The position numbers and the translations under genes were made by a program. Shown in pieces: positions 54,285 to 64,000 of a stretch of DNA of 64,000 bases; position 1 is the first letter of the stretch; every line of letters begins with the position of its first letter. The stretch lies in the NCBI GenBank assembly GCA_965246715.1, contig CBDFFH010000034.1, positions 1 to 64,000 of the forward strand. The letters are read 5' to 3'. The notes beneath the pieces were generated by a model. That model did not search any database. It worked only from the letters and a program-made list of their open reading frames with translations, and was not told the DNA's origin. Source of the DNA: Chamaesiphon sp. GTDB taxonomy: Bacteria > Cyanobacteriota > Cyanobacteriia > Cyanobacteriales > Chamaesiphonaceae.

Positions 54285-57200
54285 ATGATGCAGACGATCG
54301 AATTCTTAGCTTATCTTCGCAGTTTAGATATTCAAGTTTTTGTCGAAGGTGAAAAGTTTCGCTGTAACGCGCCTGAAGGGATTCTAACAGCAGAACTCAG
54401 AGCAGAAATCCAATCGCGTAAATCAGAAATTATTGGATGTTTAGCAGCAACTAATCACGATCTTCATCACAACTTTAAACCACTGGTACCGATTTCGCGA
54501 TCGAAAAATCTGCCGCTATCTTTTGCACAACAACGGCTATGGTTTCTCGATCGATTAATGCCGAATCATCCGTTCTATAACATTCCTCTCGCCCTAAATT
54601 TAACAGGTTCGATCGATACCGCAGCATTAGAGCAAACTTTTAACGAAATTGTTCGCCGACATGAAGCTTTACGCACCAAGATTGTCATGCAGTCAGGGCA
54701 ACCAGTTCAGGTAATTTATCCGACCCTCACCATCCCCTTGCCTGTCATCGATTTACAACAATTACCACCAGCCGAACGCGAAATCCGAGCCAAACAGCTC
54801 ACTATTGAAGCAACTCAACATCCCTTCAATCTATCAACCGAGCCGTTGCTCCGAGTAAAACTGCTGCGATTGGAACAGACGCGATCCATCCTACTACTAA
54901 CGTTGCACCACATTGTCGCCGATGGTTGGTCGATAGGAGTGCTGATGAACGAAATCGCCGCACTTTACCCAGCTTTTGTCAACAATCGCCCTTCGCCATT
55001 GCCGGAACTGCCCATCCAATACGCCGACTTTGCACACTGGCAACGCCAATCGTTACAAGGTGATATTTTAGCAGCACAACTCGGTTACTGGCAACAGCAA
55101 TTAGAGGGTATTTCGATCCTAAATTTGCCCACTGACAGACCGCGATTAGCCGCTCAAACCTATCAAGGCGCAAGACAACCGTTGCAATTGTCCAAAAGTT
55201 TGAGCTTGGCACTTTTAGCTCTGGGGCAGCAAGAAGGGGTAACTTTATTTATCACTCTCTTAGCAGCATTTCAAGTTTTACTTTACCGATATACACAGCA
55301 AGAAGATATCGCGATCGGTTCGCCAATTGCCAATCGCAACCGGAGTGAAATTGAAGAGCTAATTGGCTTTTTTGTCAATAGTTTAGTGTTACGTACCGAC
55401 CTGTCTGGAAACCCAACTTTTCGAGAAGTATTAAGTCGAGTAAAAGATGTAGCTTTAGGAGCCTATGCACATCAAGATTTACCTTTTGAAAAACTTGTTG
55501 AAGAACTGCACCCAGAGCGTAATTTAAATCAAAATCCGCTATTTCAAGTGGTGTTTGCGCTGCAAAATGCACCGATGATGGCGTTAGAGTTACCCGATTT
55601 AACTTTAAGCCCGCTACCGTTTGAAACGGAAACAACGCGATTCGATCTGGAGTTGCACTTATGGGAGCCAACTACTCAAAATGGATTGTGGGCAGATAGT
55701 TCGGAAGGAGTTAGTGGTTTTGTAATCTACAGTACCGCTCTATTCGATGATGCCACGATCGCCAGGATGTTAGAACACTTTCAAATATTACTAGAAGGGA
55801 TAGTTACTAATCCAGAACAGCAAATCGCCCACTTACCACTTTTGAGCAAATCTGAACTCGATTGTTTATTAGTTAAATGGAATGATACGCGCTTAGATTG
55901 TCCTCAAGATAAGTTAGTACATCAGTTATTTGAAAACGTCGCTAAACAGCATCCCGATGCGATCGCGTTAGTATCTGAAGACGAGCAGCTTACTTACGAA
56001 GAGTTAAATATTCGCAGCAATAAACTCGCACACTTTCTCACCAAGTCGGGAGTAAAAGCAGAAGCTTTAGTTGGGCTTTGTGTAGAACGTTCTTTCGATC
56101 TAGTTATTGGGATGTTAGGTATTCTCAAAGCAGGTGGAGCTTATGTCCCGATCGATCCAACCTATCCATCTGAACGTTTGAACCTAATGATTCAAGATGC
56201 TCGGATCTCAATGTTATTAACTCATGAATGCTGGCTCGAACGACTGGAAGATCGCGATATTCGAGTGATTTGTTTAGATAAAGATTGGGCAAGTATCGAT
56301 CGAGAAGCGGGAGCTAATCTCGATCGTCAAATGAGATTAAATAATCTTGCTTATGTTATTTATACTTCTGGCTCGACTGGCAACCCTAAAGGCGTGGAAA
56401 TCGAACAGCGAGGATTATTAAATCTCGTATTTTGGCATCAACACGCATTTGCAGTTTCACCAAGCGATCGAGTGACACAAATTAGTGGAGTTAGCTTTGA
56501 TGCTTGCGGCTGGGAGATTTGGCCTTATTTGAGTAGCGGAGCGAGTATTTATCTCGTACATGATGAGATCCGGCAAATGCCCGATCGATTGAAAGATTGG
56601 CTGATAGCAAAAGCGATAACTATTTGCTTTTTACCGACTCCTTTAGCCGAGCAATTTTTATTATTAGATTTCCCCGAACATACTACCTTACGCATATTAC
56701 TTACAGGTGGCGACAAACTAAATAACTATCCTCAAGCCGTTCCATTCAAATTATTCAACAATTATGGGCCGACTGAGAACACAGTCGTGACAACTTCGGG
56801 GCAAATTTTTATTGAAGATCGAGAAAATTTAGTACCTGCAATCGGTCGAGCGATCGCTAATACACAGGTTTACATCCTCGATAAATATTTACAGCCCGTA
56901 CCCGTCGGCATCTCAGGAGAAATATACATCAGTGGTGACGGCTCAGCACGAGGTTATTTAAACCGTCCCGAATTAACTGCCGAATGCTTTATCGAGCATA
57001 CTTTTAATAATAACTTAACAGCGCGACTTTACAAAACTGGCGATATAGCTCGTTATTTACCAGATGGTAATATTGAATTTTTAGGTCGGCTCGACGATCG
57101 CGTAAAAATTCGTGGCTATCGGATTGAGTTGGGTGAAATTGAAGCGGTATTAAATCATCACCCAGTAGTGCAGCAAGCTGTCGTGCTAATGTGTGAAAAT

Positions 57201-59024
57201 AACGAGGAGAAAAGCCTCTTAGCATATGTAGCGCCGAAGCTAGAATACAGTCGATCGCAGGAGCATAGTCAATTAATTCAATTGCAGGAAGAGCAAGTTC
57301 TACAATGGCAGATGCTCTATAATGAAACTTACGATCGACCTGTTAATTTCGATCCCAAATCGAATATTGTTGGTTGGAATAGTAGTTATACAGATCTACC
57401 TCTACCTGCCGAGCAAGTGCATGAATGGGTGGACAACCAAGTCGATCGAATATTGGCTTGGCAACCCGAACGAGTATTAGAAATTGGGTGTGGAACGGGG
57501 TTGATACTATTTAGAATTGCTCCTCACTGCGATCGATACTGGGGTACTGACTTTTCGCCAGTTTCGATTAGCTATATTCAGCAGCAGTTAGCACACCAAG
57601 AGCTACCACAGGTGGAACTATCCGCTCGAATGGCTACTGATTTCGATCGAGTATCAACAGCAGATTTTGATACGGTAATTCTCAACTCGGTCGTTCAATA
57701 TTTTCCAACGATTGATTATCTAATTGATGTCATCGCCGGGGCGATCGCAGCAACTACTCCAGGTGGTCGAATCTTCATCGGCGATGTGCGAAGTTTGCCC
57801 CTATTACAAGCTTTTCATACATCAGTGCAACTCGATCGAGCCGAACCTGCCCTCACCTGTTTCGAGTTACAGCAACGGGTACAGATGCAAATATTCCAAG
57901 AAACAGAATTAGTCATCGATCCAGCTTTTTTTACGGCTCTACAGCAACGCTTCCCGCAGATCGATCGAGTTCAAATTCAACTGATGCGAGGTAAATATCA
58001 TAACGAGTTAACTGCATTTCGTTATAATGCAATTCTTCAGATTGGAGATCGAACTATTAGTACCGAACCTATTAGCGATCGAGACGATTATCCAGTCCTA
58101 AATTGGTCGGAAGCAAATCTAACAATTTCAGCAGTACGTCAGTTATTAATTGACGATCGACCGGAAACATTAAACATTCTCAATGTACCTAATGCGCGGG
58201 TAATGTCAGCAGTTAAAACAGTAGCATGGCTAGCAGACGGCTCGGGCTATAAAACTGTCGGTCAAATCCGTAAGGCCTTGCAAGAAATCGAAAACTTGGG
58301 AGTAGATCCAGAAGATTGGGATGCGATCGATCTACCGTATCGTGTCGATATTACCTGGTCGAATTCTAGTAGTGAAGGTGATTATGACGTGATGTTTATC
58401 CGCCAAGACGTAGCCACACAAACTTTTTTCCCACATCGCCTGACTGAAGATCGCCCCTGGCAATCTTACGCTAATAATCCCCTCCAAGCCAAAGCCGCGC
58501 GGAAGTTAGTGCCGCAATTGCAAGGTTACCTGGCTCAAAAACTGCCTGAGTACATGCTGCCCTCAGCTTTTGTAGTATTGGAGTCTCTACCGCTCACAGC
58601 TAATGGTAAAATCGATCGCCGCGCCTTTAAAGCGTTGCACGATCCGATCGCATCTCGATCGCTCGTTGGCGTAGCCTCTCGTTTCGAGAATCGTTATATC
58701 GCACCTCGGACTCCTGTCGAACGAGCACTTGCGAACATTTTTGTTGAAGTTTTGGGACTCAAACGCGTCGGAATTTATGACAATTTCTTTGAATTAGGCG
58801 GTCATTCATTACTGGCAACTCAGTTTGTCTCCAGAGTCCGCGATGCCTTGCAGGTAGAGTTGCCGTTGCGAAGCGTATTTGAAGCATTGACAATCGATCG
58901 ACTAGCTACAGTGGTGGAAAGCCTGCAACACAATCCTCCAAGTCAAGCTCCAGCATTAGTACCACTCTCGCGAGAAAGTCGGCGGATGAAGTTACCTGCC
59001 TCGAACGAAGAAAGTAAGGGCTAG
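54285..59024 (+). CDS. Single-module NRPS: TubC_N-like docking domain-C-A-N-methyltransferase-PCP (code DAWFLGNVVK, Leu)
   Basis: N-terminal LRSLDIQVFVEGEKFRCNAPEG; HHIVADGWS; VLEIGCGTG and LNSVVQYFP (N-MT); LGGHSL. Confidence 0.93.
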   Translation: MMQTIEFLAYLRSLDIQVFVEGEKFRCNAPEGILTAELRAEIQSRKSEIIGCLAATNHDLHHNFKPLVPISRSKNLPLSFAQQRLWFLDRLMPNHPFYNIPLALNLTGSIDTAALEQTFNEIVRRHEALRTKIVMQSGQPVQVIYPTLTIPLPVIDLQQLPPAEREIRAKQLTIEATQHPFNLSTEPLLRVKLLRLEQTRSILLLTLHHIVADGWSIGVLMNEIAALYPAFVNNRPSPLPELPIQYADFAHWQRQSLQGDILAAQLGYWQQQLEGISILNLPTDRPRLAAQTYQGARQPLQLSKSLSLALLALGQQEGVTLFITLLAAFQVLLYRYTQQEDIAIGSPIANRNRSEIEELIGFFVNSLVLRTDLSGNPTFREVLSRVKDVALGAYAHQDLPFEKLVEELHPERNLNQNPLFQVVFALQNAPMMALELPDLTLSPLPFETETTRFDLELHLWEPTTQNGLWADSSEGVSGFVIYSTALFDDATIARMLEHFQILLEGIVTNPEQQIAHLPLLSKSELDCLLVKWNDTRLDCPQDKLVHQLFENVAKQHPDAIALVSEDEQLTYEELNIRSNKLAHFLTKSGVKAEALVGLCVERSFDLVIGMLGILKAGGAYVPIDPTYPSERLNLMIQDARISMLLTHECWLERLEDRDIRVICLDKDWASIDREAGANLDRQMRLNNLAYVIYTSGSTGNPKGVEIEQRGLLNLVFWHQHAFAVSPSDRVTQISGVSFDACGWEIWPYLSSGASIYLVHDEIRQMPDRLKDWLIAKAITICFLPTPLAEQFLLLDFPEHTTLRILLTGGDKLNNYPQAVPFKLFNNYGPTENTVVTTSGQIFIEDRENLVPAIGRAIANTQVYILDKYLQPVPVGISGEIYISGDGSARGYLNRPELTAECFIEHTFNNNLTARLYKTGDIARYLPDGNIEFLGRLDDRVKIRGYRIELGEIEAVLNHHPVVQQAVVLMCENNEEKSLLAYVAPKLEYSRSQEHSQLIQLQEEQVLQWQMLYNETYDRPVNFDPKSNIVGWNSSYTDLPLPAEQVHEWVDNQVDRILAWQPERVLEIGCGTGLILFRIAPHCDRYWGTDFSPVSISYIQQQLAHQELPQVELSARMATDFDRVSTADFDTVILNSVVQYFPTIDYLIDVIAGAIAATTPGGRIFIGDVRSLPLLQAFHTSVQLDRAEPALTCFELQQRVQMQIFQETELVIDPAFFTALQQRFPQIDRVQIQLMRGKYHNELTAFRYNAILQIGDRTISTEPISDRDDYPVLNWSEANLTISAVRQLLIDDRPETLNILNVPNARVMSAVKTVAWLADGSGYKTVGQIRKALQEIENLGVDPEDWDAIDLPYRVDITWSNSSSEGDYDVMFIRQDVATQTFFPHRLTEDRPWQSYANNPLQAKAARKLVPQLQGYLAQKLPEYMLPSAFVVLESLPLTANGKIDRRAFKALHDPIASRSLVGVASRFENRYIAPRTPVERALANIFVEVLGLKRVGIYDNFFELGGHSLLATQFVSRVRDALQVELPLRSVFEALTIDRLATVVESLQHNPPSQAPALVPLSRESRRMKLPASNEESKG
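58664..58693. repeat. In-frame 30-bp small dispersed repeat next to a CGATCG site
   Basis: cgttggcgtagcctctcgtttcgagaatcg adds about 10 aa (VGVASRFENR) to the A-PCP linker. Confidence 0.6.
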
Positions 59025-59286
59025 TTTTCATCTAGCAGGTAGCGTGTTAGACGACAATAAATCCAAAGCCAGGATCGCGATCGAGTGCATCCAGCAGCAG
59101 TAGCGGGGCAATAGCAAACCGTAAGCCAACGAGAATGCTAGGAATATTTACAAGTTCGATCTTCATGGAATCACTCGCACTATACTGAGATCGAGAAATT
59201 GCATAATTTCTCGATCTTTCCCCAAATTTAGATCGATCGTTACTGCTATTAACCTTAGCAGGGTAACCCCCACAGCAATACCTGAT

Positions 59287-61554
59287 ATGTCGAAACTAAT
59301 TTGCACTCGGAACGGCTGCAATGGCACCATCGATGATGGTTACTGCGATACCTGCGGCATGGCAGCGCTCAAATCTCAGTCGGAACTAGATATCGCCCTA
59401 GCTGCAACAGCTAGCAACCAACCGATTCAAACTGGCTCCCAGAGCCTCAAAACTGCACCAAATAGTGCCTCGATTACTACCGGGACAGGATCTAGTCCCA
59501 CCAGCAATCGATCGCGTGGTACCCGTCGCAGTGCGCCCACCATCGGGAAAAGCAGTCGCCGTCAATTGGGTGCAGGGTTGGTTTCGATTCCCGAATTACC
59601 TTCTACCGCGCCCGAATTAGCAGTTTTAGCAGAAGCCAAAGTACCGGAAAATAAACGATTCTGTGCTGGGTGCAATCAACTAGCGAAGCGGGATAAAGGG
59701 TTTTGTACTAAATGCGGCCAGAAATATAATTTTATCCCCAGTCTGCAACCTGGTGATGTGGTGGGCGCACAGTATGAAGTTAAAGGCGCGATCGCGTATG
59801 GTGGTTTGGGGTGGATCTATTTGGGATTTGACAAACTCCTATCGCGCTATGTTGTCCTCAAAGGGTTATTAAATAGCGAAGATGCGGCGAGTGCAGCGGT
59901 AGCATTGGCAGAGCGGCAATTTTTGGCAGCGGTAAAACATCCGAATATCGTGGGGATTTATAACTTCGTCACTCACGAGGCGGAGGGTTATATCGTGATG
60001 GAATATGTGGGCGGAAAAACGCTCAAAGAGATTCGTAAGGAGCGGGGGACATTACCAGTCGCCGAAGCAATCGCTTATATCCATCGGATTCTGGGTGCAT
60101 TTGCCTATCTCCACCAGTTAGGCTTAGTCTACTGTGACTTCAAACCTGATAACGTCATGCTCGAAGGGGATGATGTGAAACTCATCGATTTGGGTGGCGC
60201 GCGCAAAATTAACGACCCAGATGGGGATATTTATGGGACGATCGGTTATGCTGCGCCCGAAGCTGGCGAGGGGCCGACAATCGTGTCAGATTTATTTACG
60301 ATCGGGCGAACTCTAGCCGTACTGGTTACCAATATTCCGGGTTTCAGTCGCGAGCATGAATATACCCTGCCCAGCGCCAGTGAAGATCCGGTATTTGCCA
60401 AACAGGAATCATTCTATCGCTTCTTGCTCAAAGCCACAGCAGGAGCGGCTGATGACAGGTTTCAGACGGCAGAAGAAATGGCCGAGCAGTTGCTCGGTGT
60501 ACTCCGCGAAGTTGTCGCGCAAGAGACCAAAACACCGCGTCCAGCAACGAGTACGCTATTCGATGGCGATCGACTGGCGGTAACTGCTAGGGGCGATTTT
60601 AACCCGATCGTGCCGAGTTATTTACATTTACCCAATTTGCTCATCGATGCCAAAGATCCCGGCTTCAATGTCGTGCTAAATGCCAGTATGACGACAGATC
60701 TCGATCGGCGGATCGAGCAGTTGAATCAAGTTGTCAAGCAATTACCCAACTCGATCGAAGCTAAACTTCGACTAGCAAATAGCTCGATCGACAGAGCAGC
60801 CACCGCATCGGCAGGTGACTATACGGTCGCCGAAAACTTACTCGCCGCCGTCGCCCAACAAGATGCTTGGGATTGGCGGGTAGATTGGTATCGCGGACGC
60901 TCGCTGCTCGCCCAAAATCGCCCTCAAGAAGCGCAAGCGATGTTCGATCGGGTGTACTTTGATTTACCAGGAGAACTCGCCCCCAAACTCGCATTTGCCA
61001 TCGCTGCAGAGCTGGGACAAAAATACGCCCTCGCGACGCAAATGTACGAGCTAGTCGAGCGTACCGATCTCAATTACCCGACGGCGGCTTTTGGCTTAGC
61101 CCGCTGTCGCCTGATGCAAGGCAATCGCAATGCCGCAGTTGAGGCATTACAACAAGTGCCACAGACATCAAACTTATATACTAGAGCTAAGGTGGAAATC
61201 GCGCGAATATTAGTCGATCGCCAGTTACCCGTCGCGATTAATGTGCCCAAACATCCCCAGCCGACGATTTCCGAACTCCAATCGGCAACCCAAACAGTTG
61301 AATCGCTGACGATCGAAGGTATCGAACGCCATCGACTCGATCGCCAAGTGTTAGAAACTGCCCTAAATTTACTCACCTCTAAAGCGATCGTCGCTCAGGA
61401 TAGTTTAAAGATCTTAGGTCAACCATTACAAGAAATCAAACTCCGCGAAGGTTTGGAAAAAGTCTTGCGATCGATGGCACACTTAAGTACTGGCGATGAG
61501 AAGATTAATCTAGTAGATGAAGCTAATAAAGTTAGACCTAAAACACTATTTTAA
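59287..61554 (+). CDS. PknG-like Ser/Thr kinase (Cys/rubredoxin-like + kinase + TPR)
   Basis: LGAGLV, VPENKRFCAGC..FCTKCG, GGLGWIY, VVLKGLL, ERQFLA, YCDFKPDN, LPGELAPKLA, VDEANKVRP. Confidence 0.9.
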   Translation: MSKLICTRNGCNGTIDDGYCDTCGMAALKSQSELDIALAATASNQPIQTGSQSLKTAPNSASITTGTGSSPTSNRSRGTRRSAPTIGKSSRRQLGAGLVSIPELPSTAPELAVLAEAKVPENKRFCAGCNQLAKRDKGFCTKCGQKYNFIPSLQPGDVVGAQYEVKGAIAYGGLGWIYLGFDKLLSRYVVLKGLLNSEDAASAAVALAERQFLAAVKHPNIVGIYNFVTHEAEGYIVMEYVGGKTLKEIRKERGTLPVAEAIAYIHRILGAFAYLHQLGLVYCDFKPDNVMLEGDDVKLIDLGGARKINDPDGDIYGTIGYAAPEAGEGPTIVSDLFTIGRTLAVLVTNIPGFSREHEYTLPSASEDPVFAKQESFYRFLLKATAGAADDRFQTAEEMAEQLLGVLREVVAQETKTPRPATSTLFDGDRLAVTARGDFNPIVPSYLHLPNLLIDAKDPGFNVVLNASMTTDLDRRIEQLNQVVKQLPNSIEAKLRLANSSIDRAATASAGDYTVAENLLAAVAQQDAWDWRVDWYRGRSLLAQNRPQEAQAMFDRVYFDLPGELAPKLAFAIAAELGQKYALATQMYELVERTDLNYPTAAFGLARCRLMQGNRNAAVEALQQVPQTSNLYTRAKVEIARILVDRQLPVAINVPKHPQPTISELQSATQTVESLTIEGIERHRLDRQVLETALNLLTSKAIVAQDSLKILGQPLQEIKLREGLEKVLRSMAHLSTGDEKINLVDEANKVRPKTLF

Positions 61555-61566
61555 AGAAAAGAATAT

Positions 61567-61797
61567 ATGCAGCAAAATCATGAATATGCGATAGAATCTA
61601 TTGATGAAGCTCTTGAACTAATTAATAGCTACTCTGGCAAAGTGGAAGATTTTGAGTTATCTATTTCTACAAAGTTACTAGATAATGTTGGAGTTTCAAT
61701 GGCAATTATTACAGATAAAATTCTATCAAAGGGTTGGATACCTCAAGGTTATCGCGAAGAGACTGGTAAGCGTATTTATAGATATACAGACATGTAA
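61567..61797 (+). CDS. Small AT-rich hypothetical protein
   Basis: 76-aa ORF 12 bp downstream of the kinase. Confidence 0.55.
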   Translation: MQQNHEYAIESIDEALELINSYSGKVEDFELSISTKLLDNVGVSMAIITDKILSKGWIPQGYREETGKRIYRYTDM

Positions 61798-61843
61798 TCT
61801 TGAAATGAATGAATTTAAATGAATCTAGTTTGATAATATCTAA

Positions 61844-62149
61844 ATGCACGTACTCTCGATTCCTACTTGGATAATTCACGTTTCTAGTGTCATTGAATGG
61901 ATGACAGCGATTTGGTTGATTTGGCTCTATGCCGAAGCAAGTGGTAATTTAGCATGGCGCAGTTTATCATTGGGAATGTTGCCTGCCTTGGTAAGTGCGA
62001 TGTGTGCCTGTACTTGGCACATTTTTGACAATACGGTGGAGCTAGAATGGCTGGTCACTTTACAAGCAGCGATGACATTGGTAGGTAATATCACCATGTG
62101 TTGGGCTGGTTGGCAGATTAGCAAACAATCGATCGTTAATAACTCGTAA
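61844..62149 (+). CDS. DUF2499 (Ycf49-like) membrane protein
   Basis: LSIPTWIIHVSSVIEW, SAMCACTWH, LVTLQA. Confidence 0.85.
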   Translation: MHVLSIPTWIIHVSSVIEWMTAIWLIWLYAEASGNLAWRSLSLGMLPALVSAMCACTWHIFDNTVELEWLVTLQAAMTLVGNITMCWAGWQISKQSIVNNS

Positions 62150-62362
62150 TTAACCCAAGCTGCCACCTCCTCAGTGCCAGCGATTAAAATCGCGGCTACT
62201 ATTACAAAGTCCGCCTGTCTTGAAAAGGTGCTCTACTTGGGGAAACCCCAAGACCACACTTTTCGCTTCGCGGACTAATATTTCAGTCCGCGAAGGCGGA
62301 CTTCGCATCACGAGCAGCGGTTTCTAACCGCTGAAATTATAGGTAGCAACTTAGGTTAATTA
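62147..62362. repeat. MITE-like composite (REP doublet plus nested CT mini-element)
   Basis: Ends taattaacccaagctgccacct / aggtagcaacttaggttaatta. Confidence 0.72.
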
Positions 62363-62412
62363 ATATTTATGTAAATCTTCTCTTCGCATTCTAAGGTATC
62401 TCTAGGGTTAAA

Positions 62413-62703
62413 ATGTCCAAAGAAACATTATTTGCATTATCCTTATTTCCATATTTAGGATTTCTCTGGTTTATGACCAAAAAAGTGCAAACACCTAAAA
62501 TTGCACTGATTGGTTTTTATCTAACCTTATTATTCGTCGCAGTAACGATTCCGATCGGTGCATACGCCCAATTAAAATTGCACAAATCTCTAGCAGATGT
62601 CGATTTATTACATGGCGGAGCCGAATTTTTCTTGACTCTTTCTAATATCGTCATTGTCCTCGGTTTCAGCCAAGCGCTGAAATCGATTAAAGCTCAATCA
62701 TGA
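62413..62703 (+). CDS. DUF3593-family membrane protein
   Basis: LFALSLFPYLGFL, FVAVTIP, LADVDLLHGGAE. Confidence 0.82.
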   Translation: MSKETLFALSLFPYLGFLWFMTKKVQTPKIALIGFYLTLLFVAVTIPIGAYAQLKLHKSLADVDLLHGGAEFFLTLSNIVIVLGFSQALKSIKAQS

Positions 62704-63218
62704 ATTTTCGACAATCCAAAATCGAAGGAGCGTGCGCGATCGCGTTAGGTAGTAATTTAGGCGATTCGCGATCGATTCTCACAAACGCGATCGATCGGCT
62801 GCGATCGCATCTCCAGATCGAGCTGACAGCCGTTTCTAGCTGGTATCTCACCACACCTGTCGGCCCACCGCAACCGGATTATATCAATGGTTGTGCGACC
62901 CTCCAGACCAGTTTGCCACCCTTAGATTTACTCACTACATTACAGGCGATCGAGGCTGAATTCGGGCGGGTGCGGGAGCAGTACTGGGGCGCACGAACGT
63001 TGGACTTGGATCTGCTCTTATACGACAGTCAAATTATCGATACGCCTAGCTTAGAGGTGCCGCATCCGAGAATGACAGAACGTGCATTTGTCCTGATTCC
63101 ACTAGCAGAAATCGCCCCGAATTGGATCGAACCCAGATCTGGTGAATCGATCGCTGACTTATGCGCCAAGCTAGAATATGCTGGTGTCGAGCGATTGCCC
63201 TCAGTTCATCATTTATAA
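62700..63218 (+). CDS. folK: 2-amino-4-hydroxy-6-hydroxymethyldihydropteridine diphosphokinase
   Basis: IALGSNLG, WGARTLDLDLL, PHPRMTERAFVL. Confidence 0.95.
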   Translation: MNFRQSKIEGACAIALGSNLGDSRSILTNAIDRLRSHLQIELTAVSSWYLTTPVGPPQPDYINGCATLQTSLPPLDLLTTLQAIEAEFGRVREQYWGARTLDLDLLLYDSQIIDTPSLEVPHPRMTERAFVLIPLAEIAPNWIEPRSGESIADLCAKLEYAGVERLPSVHHL

Positions 63219-63224
63219 TTTTTT

Positions 63225-63773
63225 ATGCCGCTAGGAAACGAACCAGCCAAAATTCTCCAACACAAGCTGCATTATCAAGGACGGAAGTTTTCCTTTAATG
63301 TCGATCGGATCGAGTTGCCAAATGGTGCCATTGGTGAGTGGGAGCACATCCAGCATCCTGGCGGCGCACTGGCGGTGCCGATTACACCCGATGGCAAGTT
63401 AGTATTAGTCGATCAATATCGATTTCCGACACGAGGACGCGTATTAGAATTTCCCGCAGGAACATTAGAAGTCGGCGAAGCGCCGATAACCACAATTGCG
63501 CGTGAAATAGAAGAAGAAACTGGATATCGCGCGAGTAAAATCCAAGATTTAGGTGAATTTTTTCTCGCGCCTGGTTATTGCGATGAGATTATTTATGCTT
63601 TCTTAGCCACAGAGTTAGAGCAGCTAGAAACACAGCCGCCTGGAGATGATGATGAAGATATTAATGTGGTATTGATGACTCCCGCAGAATTTGAAACGGC
63701 AATTCATAGTGGCAAACCAATCGATGCTAAATCGATTGCGGCTTATTTTCTTGCTAGTAAATTCTTACGTTAA
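63225..63773 (+). CDS. NUDIX hydrolase (ADP-ribose pyrophosphatase-like)
   Basis: Nudix box EFPAGTLE...REIEEETG; QYRFP. Confidence 0.92.
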   Translation: MPLGNEPAKILQHKLHYQGRKFSFNVDRIELPNGAIGEWEHIQHPGGALAVPITPDGKLVLVDQYRFPTRGRVLEFPAGTLEVGEAPITTIAREIEEETGYRASKIQDLGEFFLAPGYCDEIIYAFLATELEQLETQPPGDDDEDINVVLMTPAEFETAIHSGKPIDAKSIAAYFLASKFLR

Positions 63774-64000
63774 GAGTAGCCAAAACTCGATGGCTTGCAC
63801 TTTAAACTTAGCTAGTTCGCAACATCGAGCGTCTCAATTTTGCCAGTGAATGCGATATTTTATGCCAAAATTGCAATTTCCCATCAAGAAAAGTTAACGA
63901 TCGTTGTCGAAGCGAGAGCGGTCGCCCAATAATAAAAGTGGATACCAAGCAACCTCAGAGTTCTTGCCAGCGTTAGAACCTCGCGTTCGTCGCCACAGCC

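Noticed and set aside
63894..64000. Possible 3' end of a minus-strand CDS at the window edge
   Set aside because: Too short to identify.

Overview
Cyanobacterial chromosomal segment. The very dense GCGATCGC/CGATCG (HIP1) sites and the gene content suggest a Chamaesiphon-like organism (inference). The backbone is housekeeping: tRNA-Ala, ldpA, ssb, ilvB, pex, cryptochrome-DASH, sbcD, aspS, ndhD, secDF, pdhB, folK. Four accessory signals stand out. (1) A complete IS621-like IS110 element (7702-9064) whose bridge-RNA guide loops, CT core, REP target and circle-junction promoter can all be read from the sequence. (2) A nested group II intron complex (17421-23518): an intact LtrA-type intron, with a putative EBS1 complementary to the domain V GAAAGU loop, sits inside the catalytic domain V of another intron. 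The two outer halves and the two flanking genes do not match each other. (3) A family of about 50-bp hairpin elements inserted at duplicated CT dinucleotides, two of them in REP-like repeats. (4) Three single-module NRPS genes (Ile / N-methyl-Leu / Phe-like + TE) in non-collinear order, disrupted by ISAs1 and IS1 and followed by a PknG-like kinase. Three single-base frameshifts in the first 3.7 kb look like sequencing errors. No CRISPR array or rRNA was seen.
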